Assembly (NCBI RefSeq): GCF_009914755.1
Contig: NC_060928.1
DNA: 64,000 bases
Origin: the human T2T-CHM13v2.0 reference genome, Homo sapiens
Reading direction: 5' to 3' (one strand)
A program made the translations under genes and the position numbers. Under the pieces are notes generated by a model. It did no database searches. It saw only the letters and a program-made list of their open reading frames with translations, and had not been told where the DNA came from. Shown piece after piece: positions 45,085 to 60,984 of the stretch (positions are counted from its first letter, which is position 1; each line of letters begins with the position of its first letter).

Positions 45085-45530
45085 CTCCCAAACCCCCACG
45101 TTATCCTTTTTCTCTTAGCAACTGACCCTCAAGTTCTAAATCTTGTCTCATATCCACCTTCCAGATCTTCTTCACAAACCTTCTCGCTCTGAGAGGCTTT
45201 CTCCTAGCAGTTTCCAAACTTTCTGCCTTCAGGCCCTCGCTGTTGTGCTTCCTTCTTCCCGGAGCGCTCTGCTGCTAGATCCTCCCAGGCTGCCTGCTGC
45301 TGCTCATCCACCCAGGTCGTATCTTCTGAGCGCACTTTCACGGCCATGCAAAATACAATGGATTCTGTCACTCACACACTATTATTATACCCTGTTTTAG
45401 TTTATTCAGAGAACTCAGTACGGCTTTGTTCATTTTGTGACTGTTTTCAAAACTCTAGACTAAAAGGTCCATGATGCCGTCTTTCCGTGCTTCACTTTGG
45501 TTGGTGCTCAGTAAATATTCATTAAATTAA
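45085..45530 (-). mobile_element. L2 fragment
   Basis: 'ctgccttcaggccctcgc..tgtgcttcc', ends 'ggtgctcagtaaatattcattaaatt'; continues left of the MSTA. Confidence 0.65.
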
Positions 45531-45537
45531 TGATGCT

Positions 45538-45883
<346 letters not shown>

Positions 45884-46429
45884 TCAGCTGTTAGATAGCC
45901 TGAGACTGAGGCTTAGTCTAGAGGGAATAATTCTAGAAGTGAATTTAGAAATGACGAAACAGCAGTGTGGATCCACATGATGGGGCTTCTTTCTGGAAGT
46001 CTGCCTTTCTGCCAACATTCACATGCCTTCTTTGATCCCTCTCTTCTTGTAATCCACTCATAAAAACAATCCTGCAAGACACAACACTCTATTTATTTTT
46101 ATTTATTTTCCAACTAGATTACAAATTGCTTAAGGGAGAAGATTCTTGTTTATTGTTGTATCTCTTGTGGCATAGCCCTGGACCTAAACATGCTAGGCTT
46201 TCCTATATAGCTAATATACTTCAAATTGGGTGCATGGAGTTTGTGATAGCTCTTTGCTACTCACATTTTTTCTTGCTCTCTGATTTTCTGATGAGTTCTA
46301 AATAATTGAGACCTTCTGGCATTTCATATTTAGAAAAATCTGAGCTTACATAATAAATGTTATTTGATAACTATTATAGCAAAAAGTAGAAAAATAGATT
46401 CATTCAAATCATTATAAAAGCTAGCCTAT

Positions 46430-46670
46430 ATTGAAGGCTAATTATGAGTCAAGCGGTATTCTAACACCTTTACAAAAACTGATTCATTTAATTATAACAC
46501 AATAGCCCTGTAAGATGGTGCCTATTATTTTCCTCCTTTTGCACTTAAAGAATTAGTAGTAGAAAGAGATAAATGAGTTACTGAAGGTCACCCTGTAGTG
46601 AGGGGGTATTGAGATACCCTTTGAACGCAGATAGTATGACCCGTGAGTCAGTTCTCCTAAACTCCAGCTA
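46430..46670 (-). mobile_element. MIR
   Basis: 'aatagccctgtaagat...aaggtcac...tttgaac'. Confidence 0.6.
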
Positions 46671-48565
46671 TTCACTTTTGATAAACACTATGCAATTGAT
46701 TTCTTAAAATTCTTTAAACCTTTCAAGTAACAAAATCCTTTCTACCTAAATGCAACTTTTTAAAATTCCACAAGCTGACTTACTGCTGCATACTCTGTAC
46801 AATTAAACATGTTTCAACCCTCTACTAACTTCAGTGATAAATAATATTTCTGCTTTATGTTATGCATGACAAATTCTTTTTCATCATCTCTAAAAATGCA
46901 AGACCTTAGAGGAATACACTAACATATCTTTTCACAGTAGAGTGGGGGAGGGTGAAAACCAGGAAAATAAGTTACTCCAATAATGCATTTTGGCATTGTA
47001 ATGGTCCATTTCTAGCAAAGAGCAAAATAGACATTATATAACATGCTCTCATTTGATATAATCTTTTTAAGTTTAGTGATGATTACCATCTAAATAAATC
47101 AATATGAGCAAAATTTAAGAATAAAGATAACCAGAAAAGCTTTTAATTTTCCTTTCTATCAAAAGGAATATATTTGTTATTCCTAACTACAAAGAATCAT
47201 GCTAATTTTCACAAAAGCCTTAAGATTCAACATACTCATCAGCAACAGATTCACATAACAACCCATGAAATGCACAAATAAAAATCTACATTAAAAGAGC
47301 ATTAGAGGCCAGCCTGAAACAGAGAGAAATGAAAATATTCAGAGTCAATGTCTTGCTAGGTAGCCGATTCAACTTTAAGAGCCATCTGGTCCCTTTCATG
47401 CTCCATATCCACTGTCCTCTATCAATGTAGACATGGACATGGTTTTTGGTCCCCTAATTAAGTGGAATCAATGTGGAATGGTAGGGCAGTGCCACACAAC
47501 CATTTCCATTTTGTTTTTTGACAAGATATTTTCCACCGATGATTAGGTTTCGAAAGGATCTTATATCAAGGCCAGCCAGTATATTCACTTTATAGATTTT
47601 TGCCTTATTTACTAAATCTTAACTTTCTAATATATATCTCAGATAATCAAAAGGAGAGATACCACCATTATTTTCCAGATAAAGAAACTGTGGTAGACAG
47701 GTATAATTTAAAAAGCTGTCCAGCCAGTTCTGTAGCAGGGATGGCGCTTCAAGTCAAGGAATTGAAGTAAAATCCTTTCCTTACCACATAGTAGCTGTAA
47801 AGCCTTAAGATAACACACATAGGATCTCTTGGTTTTAATGTCCTCAATTATAAAATGAGAGTAACATGTATAAAAGTGCTGAGCCCAGTCTACTGAGATT
47901 TTTGCTGAACTTGAAAAATCCAAAACTTAAAAAATCTGAAAACAAATTCATTATTTTCTCCTTCCCTAATTTTGCACCCCTTTTGTTTCTCTTATGATCT
48001 TTGTGTTAGTAAATGGTGCTTCAGTCACTTAAGCCCCAAATCAGAAAGATATTCTATAAACTTCTGTTCTCAGATGGTTAAAACTATCTATCAATTATGC
48101 TTTCCAAATAAGTTGGGAGCCTCTCTCTTTACATTCTCATGGCCATTGTGTCAGTTAAGACTTTCCCCATTTCAATTGTGGGTTAATGTAAAGGTCTCTT
48201 AACCAGCTTGCTTCATTCAGTGTAGCCATCCGCCACGTTGCTAACTTGATTATCCAAAACAGAAATATACCAGCCTGCCTTTTTAAAACGATCCACATTT
48301 CTTCTGTTTAAAAAGTTGGATCATCTTAAAGCAGCATACTGATCTAGGCCTTCCAGAATTATTTCCTGCCTCCTTCAAAGTCTTTCTCTAATTTGGGCAA
48401 AGTGAGCACCCTGGAAATATTCTGGGCTGTGAGGTTGCCCCATATCTTTGACCTTTGCCTATCCATTTGTCACTGTCTGATTGTCCGATTAAATACCACT
48501 CACTCTTTCCTTCAACCTCCAAATAACGAAAAATAAGTTACCTTGCACACCCAATAACTCCTATG

Positions 48566-48592
48566 ACACACACACACACACACACACACACA
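48566..48592. repeat. (CA)n microsatellite
   Basis: About 13 AC units. Confidence 0.95.
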
Positions 48593-48677
48593 TTCTCACA
48601 AAAGGAGATGAACTTACCCAGAAGTATTGAACATGTCAAGAAAGGTGGTACATTTCAAAAATCGAAATGCTCATGCT

Positions 48678-48997
48678 CTTTTTTTCTTTTCTTTTCTTTC
48701 TTTTTTTTTTTTTTTTCTGAGACAGGGTCTCACTCTCTCACCCAGACTGGAGGGATACAATCATAGCTCTCTGTAACCTCAAACTCCTGAACTCAAGCAA
48801 TTCTTCCATCTTAGCTTCCTGAGTAGCTGGGACTATAGGCGTGTGCCACTACATCCAGCTGACTTAAGAAAAAAAAATATAGAGATGGGGGTCTCACTAT
48901 GTTGCCCTGGCTGGTCTCAAACTCCTAGCCTAAAGTGATCCTCTCACCTTGGCCTCCCAAAACACTGGTATTACAGGCATGGGCCACCACAACTGGC
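48678..48997 (-). mobile_element. AluJ
   Basis: Diverged antisense dimer ('caatcatagctc', 'ctcactatgttgccc'). Confidence 0.9.
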
Positions 48998-49623
48998 CTC
49001 CCAGCTTTTTCTTCTTTATCTTTTTCTGTGGATAGTTCATTTGAAGATCAGTTTCTGAAGGGAAGGGTCTATTGCTTCTCCTCACACTAAAATAGTGTTC
49101 ACGCCTCACCCTAAAATATTTTCTAAGAGGACTTTGCAAAGCTGTTAGAAGAGCTAAATGGCCACCTCTCTTCCACTGAACTTATGTCTATCACCAGTGC
49201 ACTCAGGTAGAAGAGTTAAGGTCATTTGCCGCAGCCCTTGATTGGGAAGCTGATGGATAGGAATGTGCTTCTAACCAGAGAGAAGTTGGCAGCAAGACTG
49301 AGAAATGACAGCCCTGGCTTGCACAGAATGAAGCCCAGATATCACTTAATTGGTGTCCTTGATTTGGGCTATAGTCCAGCTATTTATAACCTGATGCATT
49401 AATTGCATACTGTTGTGATGTTACTTTGAGCTGTTTAGGGAAATGTTTTATCATAGTTGTTTACAACAGGGAAAAACACTAAAAATTGTTCACACTTTGA
49501 CTGTTTGTATAACACGTCATGTGAGTAGCCATCAGCTTTTAAAGCTCATCAGCTGCTTGCATCTCGTCCCTTTAGGTCATGTTGGGCAGCCTTAAGATGA
49601 AATGGTAACTTTTCCCTCCACAG

Positions 49624-49758
49624 AGTGGTTGACCATATGCCCCCGGTTTGCCGAGCCCAGTGCTGGATCACATTAGTGTGCTAGCATCTTGTTCATTTAC
49701 TTCCTTCTTTAATCTCAAAAGTCTTCCAGTGTGAGCAATAAATTTTATGTCCACTCTA
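49624..49758. mobile_element. MER81-like hAT-Blackjack MITE
   Basis: 'gaccatatg..ccggtttgcc...tctcaaaagt..tccagt...ataaattttatgtccactcta'. Confidence 0.6.
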
Positions 49759-51767
49759 TCCAAAAGGGGATTAAGCAGAGGTCAGAATTTGTCTCTGCAA
49801 TGCTTGAAAATGGAAAACTGAGCAAAAGACAACTACAATATTGCAAAAGGGATCCAGCTTAGGATTCGAGGAAGATTATTTAATGAGAGGATGTTTGGGA
49901 TTCAAAAGTTAGAGCAAGAATTAGATGAGGGAAGTGACTTTCTCAGCTCTCGCATTTGCTAAGGTCCCAAGGCTGAGAAAGGAAATAGGGATGCACATTT
50001 TAGCATAAAAGAAAGGCCAGTGTCTCTGCAGAATGATGAGTAAGGAGGGTGCTGGGGAAATTAGAACAGAGAAGTCAGCAGGGTTCTGAACAAGTCTTGG
50101 AGACCATGTCAAGGATTTTCAAATGAGCGATAAAAAGAAAATGTTGCAATAGTTAGGTAGGATTGAAAGTTGATTATACCTGCTTATTAAAAAAAAACAC
50201 TCTTAACATCTGTGTGGATAAAGGATTAGGGTTGGGGTTAGGTGCATGAATAGCTAGAGAATTGTGAAGACTCTTAGCAAGCTAAAGTAATAGCCATTTT
50301 GAGAGATTGTGGAAATCCAGCTATCGTGGCAGTAGTGGGGGAAGAAAACTGTTTTTGTGTGCTGGTTCAGTAATAAACTGTTTATTTTCAAGAACTAACG
50401 GAACTAAAACTTGAGAAATTTATTTTGCCCTAAATGCTTCTGTTTATATCAAAGCAAAGAGACATCTTAAAATCATCTCTGTAGACGGATGAAAATTTGT
50501 ATTAATTGTTTCATTTACTATTAGTCAGTTTTGCCTTTAATTGCTTGAGAGGGCACCATCAGGGAGGAAATGCAGTTCCAACGAGTGCAATATGAGAGAC
50601 AGGGCACCAGGAGAGGAAGGTCTGCTCAGAAGGAGAGCCATTCCCAAGGAGCCAAGAGAATTACCAGACCGCCACTCCATCCACCTCTGAGCACCCGACC
50701 CCTTTCTAAATCTTGTTAGAGAGTCAGTCTAGGACTGGAGTGAGAAGCAATTTTGCTGTCCTGACAATTTAACACTCAAGTTAACTCAGATGACTTTGCA
50801 ACATCATCTACCTCTGTTTACAAATTAGTATCTACACTTATCAATTTTGCAAGCATTGGGATTTTACTTGTTTTGAAGAGACAATAAAACAAAGTTAAAA
50901 ACAATTCTCTGTAATTTGAGAAACTCAAACGTCAGCATTTGTGACGTACAGAGACACCTGAAAAAAATGCATCTGCGTAGTCTTGCATATGCAAATAAAG
51001 CAGAGTTCCTAAGGAAATTATACTCGATACTTTTGGTTTTCACTTCTGAGAAAACCAATTCAGGTCCTACGGGAAAGTAAACAATCAAAAGAGTTTCTTC
51101 TGCTGCTGTTTCTCCTTCTAGTTACCCAGTATATCCCTCCTTTCCTCTGGTTGGGATTAAATGTTTTATTGATTCTGGCCAGCTTGTTTCAAGTATACAT
51201 TGCATGAAACCTTGATTTTACCTTATTTTATCTCAGTGATATTTGTGAGGTATTGTAAATAAAAATCTCTTGGACGTTAATGCAGCACAGTGAAAAGTAT
51301 ATAAGGAACTCAAATAACTAATGTAATATTTGAAAAGAGTACATTTGATATTAATAACTTCTACCCAGTGGTATTTTATTTTTATCTAGTAGAAATGAAA
51401 TTCTCTATGACACCTAACCTTTAAATTTTCTGGAATAGACCTTAATTCACCTGCTTCTCATTATAGACGTTGAGTGGAATATGCTCCAATCTATACCCAT
51501 GACCTGGATAATGTGCCCCGTAATTTCTGTTTTTGCTCTCAGACATGAAACTCATTAGCTTTTGTGGTTTCAGTGCACATGCAATGAACAGAAAAGCGTT
51601 TAATTATTACCACCAAGGAGGTGATTTTCTTTTCGGGTAAAAAAGAAACTAAATGAGGTCAGGAAAAGTTTTTTTAAAGTTGTGCTGTAATTGTGCTTAG
51701 TATAACAATGCACCATTCTTTATATCATTTACTGGATACCAATAAATGATATGTTTTATTTTAACAG

Positions 51768-51805
51768 GCAATTTGCTGCCAGAAGTGTGTTTTCCTTTTT
51801 AAAAG
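51768..51805 (+). other. Candidate 38-nt micro-exon
   Basis: Acceptor ttttattttaacag|G and consensus donor AAG|gtaagt; no transcript evidence. Confidence 0.35.
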
Positions 51806-53329
51806 GTAAGTGCCTTTTTAAGAAATATTATATAAAATTATCATCATTTCTGATTTATAGCTTTGAAGAGCCTATTAATTTTAAAGCCCCATGGCTGACA
51901 GCTGTGTTGTTCAAAGGCGAGGATATATAGTATTAATTATCTTAAGCTCCAGATTATCGTTCATGGTGCTGACATTAAGTATAAAGGACAAACTGTCGCA
52001 GTTTTCTATTTTAGTAAGAATAATTAATTAACCTGGTGATTTTTAGAAGAAATACCTGTTGAAGTAAGATACAACTAACACAGTTCAGTTTGATCACATT
52101 TGTTTCAGTTCTGGATGGATGTAGATAATTTTCATGGAAATTGCCAGTAACTTAGAGTATGGCCACAGTTTGCTTTTGTTGTTGTTGTTGCTGTTGTTGT
52201 TGTTTTACTGGTTTTTCTTTCTTATTTGTTTGGTTAATTGGAGTCAGAGAATGGGCTTGTACATTTTGAAAGTTAAAAATGTTTGTGTCTGAAAGATATT
52301 ACTTACCAATAAAGACTGTACAGTTTTGACTAGACTACATTTATATTTTCAAATTTTGCAATGTATTAGTTTCAACCATAAGTTAAATTTTAGAGCTGAC
52401 TCAATCTAGTATTTAAATTTTCAAGAATTCTGTGATGTTTGAAAGCAAACTAAATGCTTAAGTAGAGAATACTTTGTGCTTTATTATGTACCCAAAAATG
52501 ACTCCTTCGTTGTGTTATTTCTCAGCTTGCCTTTCCCTAAGCATTGATTCAGACAGTGAAAACATAGAGGGGTGATTAATTACTGTATTCCTGGTATAGT
52601 CTTTGTTTCTCTAACAAGTCATGGTGAATGTCTTCAGAAGACACCCTTCTACAGCATCCATGGCAAACATCAATCTCTATTACTGCTCTAGCTTGGAAGT
52701 TTCACTTGTTTATACCTCTTGGTTGAGTATCATCACTTTTTTACTTCTATACGTTTTGGATGCTGTAACGAGAGAAACTTCTTGCCTTTAGGGCATTTGA
52801 ATTCAGCTTCTGCTTATAATAACGGAGGAGCTCTGTGTGTAATTATGTTGCCAAGATAAGTAAATTAATAAATTATAACTCTTTCCTCCACCTGATAATT
52901 GTTTATTTACGGGGTTGTATTTCTGCTATCAGGTAATGTTGGTGTATTAGCTTGATGTATTAGCATCATGCTAACTATCACAGCTAGTTATGCAGTTAGC
53001 AAAGCAATATATTTTACAGGCACTTTGCATTTTGAAAATAGCACATCTGTTACTTGTAAATTCCTGCTCTCTTACGGTAGGAGCCCGTAATTCTGTTAAG
53101 TAAGTTACCAAGAATTATGTTTAAAAGTACAATTCACAAATTCTGCCATGTCATGGAAGTTGGTAACCATGACAGAATTACAACGAAGTTCTTTTTTTAT
53201 AAGTTAATCTTAAGCTATGTAAATATATGATGTACAGGTTATGAGAGCCATGGTTTAGACTACATTGCAGAAAAACAATCAAGAAAAGTAAAAAATTTAA
53301 CCATTTCGAAAGTTTTTTTCCCCTTCCAT

Positions 53330-53500
53330 ACAAACTGGGTAGTAAAAAGAATGTAGACTTTAGGATCAGTTAGAACTCACTTGTAGACCTACCTCCAGCT
53401 CTTACTTGCTGTGTGATTTCAGGCAAGTTACTTCACCCCTCTGAGACATTTAAATTAGTTTTCAGACTGAATATAATAATACCTATTTTGCACAACTGCC
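53330..53500 (+). mobile_element. MIR
   Basis: 'cttacttgctgtgtgatttcaggcaagttacttcacccctctgag'. Confidence 0.8.
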
Positions 53501-56500
53501 ATAAACATGCTGCAAGTGATTTGTTGGTTCCCTGCTTTCCCCTAAGAGTCAATCTCATCTTGTGTACACAGCCTTAGACAAATTCCTTAATGCTGTATCT
53601 GATAAAACTATAATTTTATGGTAAGCTTGTCTCTTTTTTTTTCTTCTATGTATATAAACTTTGCCTTGAATATACTAACCTGGTAGACTATTCACATCTA
53701 CAAAACAGAACATAATATCTTGCTAAACTCTGTATAAAGATGCTGCCTTCTGTTGGTGTGAAAGTATACACCCATGAGATTGATTTACAGGCATTTTGTG
53801 AATGCAAACAACTCTCATTTTAGTAAACTCTTTATGAATCTGAAATACTTCTTTCCTTTTTTGTCTTCTCTTCAGTGCCCTTACTTAGGCTATTTCTTGT
53901 CCAGAGACCTAGTCCTCTTTACTACATACTAAAGCTTAGAACTGGGGCCCTGTTCTAGCTTCTTTTATTCCTCTATTTAGGAAAGCATCTCCTTACAATC
54001 CTTTCTCTCCAAACTCTGCTGGGTAATTGAATAGCTACATGACTGAAAATGTTTCAATAGCCTTTCAAGGTAGTATTTACATTTTAATGAGCTTTTGTAA
54101 TGGTTTAACCTAAATACAAGGGAATATGATGATCTCTTTGGTATGGGGAATAATTTGAGGCCCAAAGTTATTCCCAGGCAGCCCTGTAAACTTATAAAAG
54201 TAGGGTTGCTTCCTCTCCATGCTTGTTATAAAGCTTCTACGTGCATACAAGGCTTCACGTAAATATTCTCTTTCTCTTTTTCCCCTTTCTCCCACTGCAG
54301 ATAAAAAATTTCAAATGGACATAAATTGATATCTAGTTCTCCTCTGAAAATTGTGAACACATTATTTTAAATCTTCTCTGTACTATTCTCCAACCCCTTT
54401 GATTTTTTAGTTGCCTTCAAAATTTTAAGAATAATTTATATGTTTTGCTTATCACAAATTCTCATACACCTGAGCCAAACAGTTTTGTTAAGTTTGGGGG
54501 AAATCACGACTTTTGTGTTTCTGATCAGGAAACAGAGAAGGACGTGACTTGGCTAAACTCTGCAGAACATCGGTTAATACTGGGGTTTCTGACACCCAAA
54601 GCAGTTCAAATTGTCGACGTCATTCTATCACGTAAAAGCAATTCATGTGCTATTTTCCTTCTATGGATTTACTCATGCATATGCAAATATGAGACAAGAA
54701 AACCAGACAAAATGTACTGCATGTGGTAATGTGACTCAGCTCCTCAATAGCCCAGCCCTCCCCAGGCTCCTTGCCAAAATAAACTGAGTGTTGACAGGGA
54801 GCTTGATGTGTTTTAATAGCAAAAAGCCAAAAATGAAGATAGTTTACAAGTGATAAATGAGAGATTCATTTTTAAATGGAATTCTCTGCTTGAATAATGC
54901 AATGTATATGTGACATTAGTAAAGTTCTGGGAAAAATGATAGAAGACCTATATGTCACATTTTGCCAGGCATAGTTAACTAATCCTGGTGACTAAGAAAA
55001 AAGGACAATAGATTCCCCTGAGAACTTTTTAATTGACCCTTAAATGTCATTCCAAGTGCTTTAATAATAAAGAATTGAAAGTCTTTGACATTTGTTGATT
55101 TTTTTATCTTGTAGTTTTCTCTTGATTTACTTTCTATTTTTACTGAAAAGTTACTGCTGGATTCTAGTGCTTTCAGAAAATACCTTTTTTATCTCATCAT
55201 ATCATCTATGTGAGCCTAAATTTCTTATGGTTTGCCTCACTCTTCTCAAGCCAAAACCTACTAATTATACCTACTAATCACAAAACAATTTCTTCCCCAA
55301 TCAGACAAATGGATGTTTTTGTTTATTCTTTGCTTCTCGATTGTTTTGAACAGTAATCCTATATTAATTTTGATAAATCCACACACTGATGTTAAAATGA
55401 TCATAAAAGTAGCATGTGATGAGTTTATCTGGGCTTATAGGTTAGAAGTTGGATAGGGGTGTCCATTGTGAGCATTGCAACTATATGAGAAGCATTCAAA
55501 TCTAAAGTTAACACTTCTGAATAAATTTTATTTTTTAGCGTGCAGTTTTTCCTAGAAGACTGAAAAATCCAGAGACTTTTTTTTCTTTACATCTAGAATG
55601 TCCTGCTTGCACATATTTTTTAAAACCTACATCATGTATTGTTGACTTCCTTGCCAAAGGCACACATGCATTTCTATTTCATTTTTTGATAATTCTGATA
55701 TTGTACCTAGTTCTCTTGAGCCATGGTACCTCTATTTCATTTCTGAATCAAACTCTATGCTTCTTTATAACTTCCAACTTTTGACATGTTTTCACTGGCA
55801 ATTTGGTCATTAGCATATTTTTGAGATCGAACTTTATATCACTATTTCAGGTGAATATGTAAAGCATAGAAAACCAGATAAAATGTTGGGTTTCTTTAAA
55901 TGAATTTCGTCTCTATAGAATAAAATTTAGCATTCGGTCCTTTTTTCCACATATCATCACACATTTACTTTTATACATTTACCTTAGATTAAATGTGTTT
56001 GCCTCACACCACTTGAGAGAGTGATTAAAGTGCATGCTTGGGCCACCTTTTTCTCCTCAGAATTCCCAAGAACTAGTTTTCTTAATTTAAATAATTACCA
56101 TAAGTACAAAACCTTCATATTGAAAATCGGTATAGATATTACAACTTGAATTATACAATAAAATAAATATGAGCAAGCTTCTCTTTCCACAATGAATGTT
56201 CATTATAGAAAGAGCATCAAATGCAGCTCCTGGGTTATGGTGAATTTATAGAAGACAAAATTTCACCATCACCCAATTATTCTGAGATAACTACTACTGG
56301 CATTCCAGTGTTCAACTGGACTTTTAATGCATTTATTTATACGTAATCAATGTTATGGCAGCTGCGCAGATATAGACTAATCTCTTCTTGCCGGCCGTTT
56401 CACCTTACTCAGTTTCCATTACCTGTGGTCAACCATGGTCCAGAAAATATTAAAAGAAACATTCCAGAAATAAACAAATTTATCCATTTTAAAATGTGTG

Positions 56501-56674
56501 CCATTCTGAGTAGCATGGTGAAATATCATGCCATCCTGCTCTGTCCTGCCTCACATTTGGGCCATCCAATTGTCTAGCATAGCCACACTGTAGACACTAC
56601 CCACCCATTAGTCACTGATGTGGCTGCTTCTGACATCCAGCCATCAGCATCATCACTGTGAGTCTTGGTCTGGG

Positions 56675-56890
56675 AACCTACACTCATCCTCCTGTATACT
56701 TTAAGCTATCTCTAGATTATATGTAATACCTAATACAATGCATATGCTATGTAACTAAGTGCTCTAATGTATTTTTATTTGTATTATTTATAATTGTAAA
56801 TTTTTAAATTAAAAAACATTTTGGATTATTTTCAATCTGGGGTCAGCTGAATCCAAGGATGCAGAACCTGTGGATATTGAGGGTCCACTG
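56675..56890. mobile_element. MER2 fragment
   Basis: 'tatactttaa..tctctagatta...gatgcagaacctgtggata..gagggtccactg'. Confidence 0.8.
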
Positions 56891-56986
56891 TATATACTTA
56901 TAATTCTTCTAATTTACTATTAGCTGTCGTTAATCTTTTACTGTGCCTAATTATAGTAAAACTTTATCATACGTATATAGGTATAG

Positions 56987-57341
<355 letters not shown>

Positions 57342-57724
57342 AGGGTTGCTTACTATTTGTGGTTTCAGGCATCCACTGTGGGTCTGGGAAGGTATGCCCT
57401 CAGTGAGTTGGGGGGCTACTGTATTCCAAGTCCCTTTCTTAGATATGCTGTTTCCCATCCCGCCCTCTGTCCTGAGAGGCATCAAGGTCTCTCTGGGTCT
57501 GGATTTTGTCTGTCAGGGAGAGAGATAGCCAGGGAGATGAGAAGGAGATAAGAGAGTGAGATCAGGGTTTCTTTCTCTGGCTCCCTCCCTCCAAGATCAC
57601 CTCAAGCTGTCTGTGTCCCTTGGCCACAGTTCTCAGTTCCCCTCCAGGCACACTTCCCTCAGCAACTCTCTTCTGGGTTGTGGGAACTGCCCCTTGTCTG
57701 TCCCTGCCACCCAAGGCACGGTAA

Positions 57725-58050
<326 letters not shown>

Positions 58051-58154
58051 AATGGTTCCTTTCTTTAACTGTCTGGGAATTGTCCTAATAAGAAGGAGGT
58101 GCCATCCATTCCTAGTTGGAACTTTGACTCGTACTGCAGTTTATACGTGGTTTT

Positions 58155-59299
<1,145 letters not shown>

Positions 59300-60984
59300 C
59301 AACCTACTTTTCTTAATTAGCAACAGGAGTTCCTTATGCCTGGAGACCAGGCCATGTTTACCTGAGCCATAGAAGCCTTGTTACTAGAGGGCTGTTCTGT
59401 GCTGTGTAGGGCCATCTGCCTAAACGCCTTCAGCTTGCATCTGGCTATAATTCACTCATCCTTTACACCAGTTCTTCCCCATTCAGAACACAAAAGTTGT
59501 TATCATTTGTCCCCTTCCCCTTCTTTTGTCCCATGGAGTTAAGACCTAAGGTTGGCTTCTCAGCCTTTGAGCTCAGAACTTTCTATCTGTTGGGACTTAT
59601 TCACCTCCTCACTTGTTCCTTGTCTGCCCATCTCTGTATCTCCACAGTGATCTCAAGCTTAGCAGGGCAAGACTCACAATAGCCTCTTTAGAGGAGATCA
59701 GACAGAAAAAAAAATCTGCTTACACCAGTATGGTTGAAACAGAGGGTTTCTAAAGGAGCAGCAGAGGACCTAGGAGACTTGAACATATCCAAGAGCATTT
59801 GGGGACAAAACTATGAACCACATTCAAGTATTTAAAGGATTAAGGAGGAAACAGTGTCCTCTAGCAACTTCACATTTACTTAAGAGTTGAAGATTCCCTT
59901 AGATTTTTTTTCACCCACTGGCAAGAACATAAGTCTGACTATTGTGGTTATTGTTCAAACCATGTAGACGCCCGTCTTCCACTCTCAAAGAACTGCAGTT
60001 GAAATAAATGGCAAATAATGCAAAAAAGTCAGGCTTTTCCCTCCTTTTTTGTTAAATGGAATTATAAATTTCATACAACTCAAATATTCCATTTGTAACT
60101 ATAGTAATGACCTAGGTGATATAGAAATTGTCACCTGAGTTATCAGCATGTTCCTACATCTTGGCTAAAAGCCCAGAAAGAATAGATTTAGAGAACGAAA
60201 ATCTGGAGTGTTTTATATATATTATAAATACTGCTCTCACTGAGGAAAATGTGTGTTTGGAGGCAGCAACTCTTACAAGGAAAATGTAAAATTTTCATAT
60301 ACATCATTTAGTTGAAAATGTTCTCCTGTCATTTCTACCTCTGCTTAGCCCAAAGAAAATTAATCATCGTTCCTGGAATACAAACAAACAAACAAAAATG
60401 TAAATACTTCTCTTCTTTTGTGACTTTCACTGTTTTATGTGTGTTTCTCAAACCTGATTTTCCCAGAAATTGGACACCCTCAAACCTATTTTCAGGGGTT
60501 CATGAGTTTCCCATGAGATTTTTATGATTAAGTGTGCATCTCTGTGTTTTGATTCTTCATTAATCTTTAAATATGTTGATATATGAATGCTAATGGGATC
60601 CTGATTAACCACCTTATAATACTGTGTACCACGCAATTTCAAATTGTACTGCTATAGTTTGTAAGAAACCATGAGGGGGCGGGGAGAGAGAGAGTGAGAG
60701 AAAGATAAATCAGTTAAATAAAGTGTTAACGTTAAGTTAAAGCCATCTGAAGCCAAGAAAGCTGGAATCACCTGTTTCACTGTTGTTAGAATGCAGAAAA
60801 TTGTTGGGAGAATTAAGTCATTACTTGACAAATAATACAAAGTGGAATTTATAAAATTTTCCACTTTAAAATTTAGTAATATTGCAAGTGGCCGTTTGGT
60901 CCCCTCTAAACAACATTATCAGTGATAATATATTATGCCTCTTTTATTTATTTTTCAGACAGGAAAGTTACATGTTTTTAACAT

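Noticed and set aside
53139-53179. Imperfect hairpin aattctg...cagaatt
   Set aside because: Short and bulged; not distinguishable from chance.
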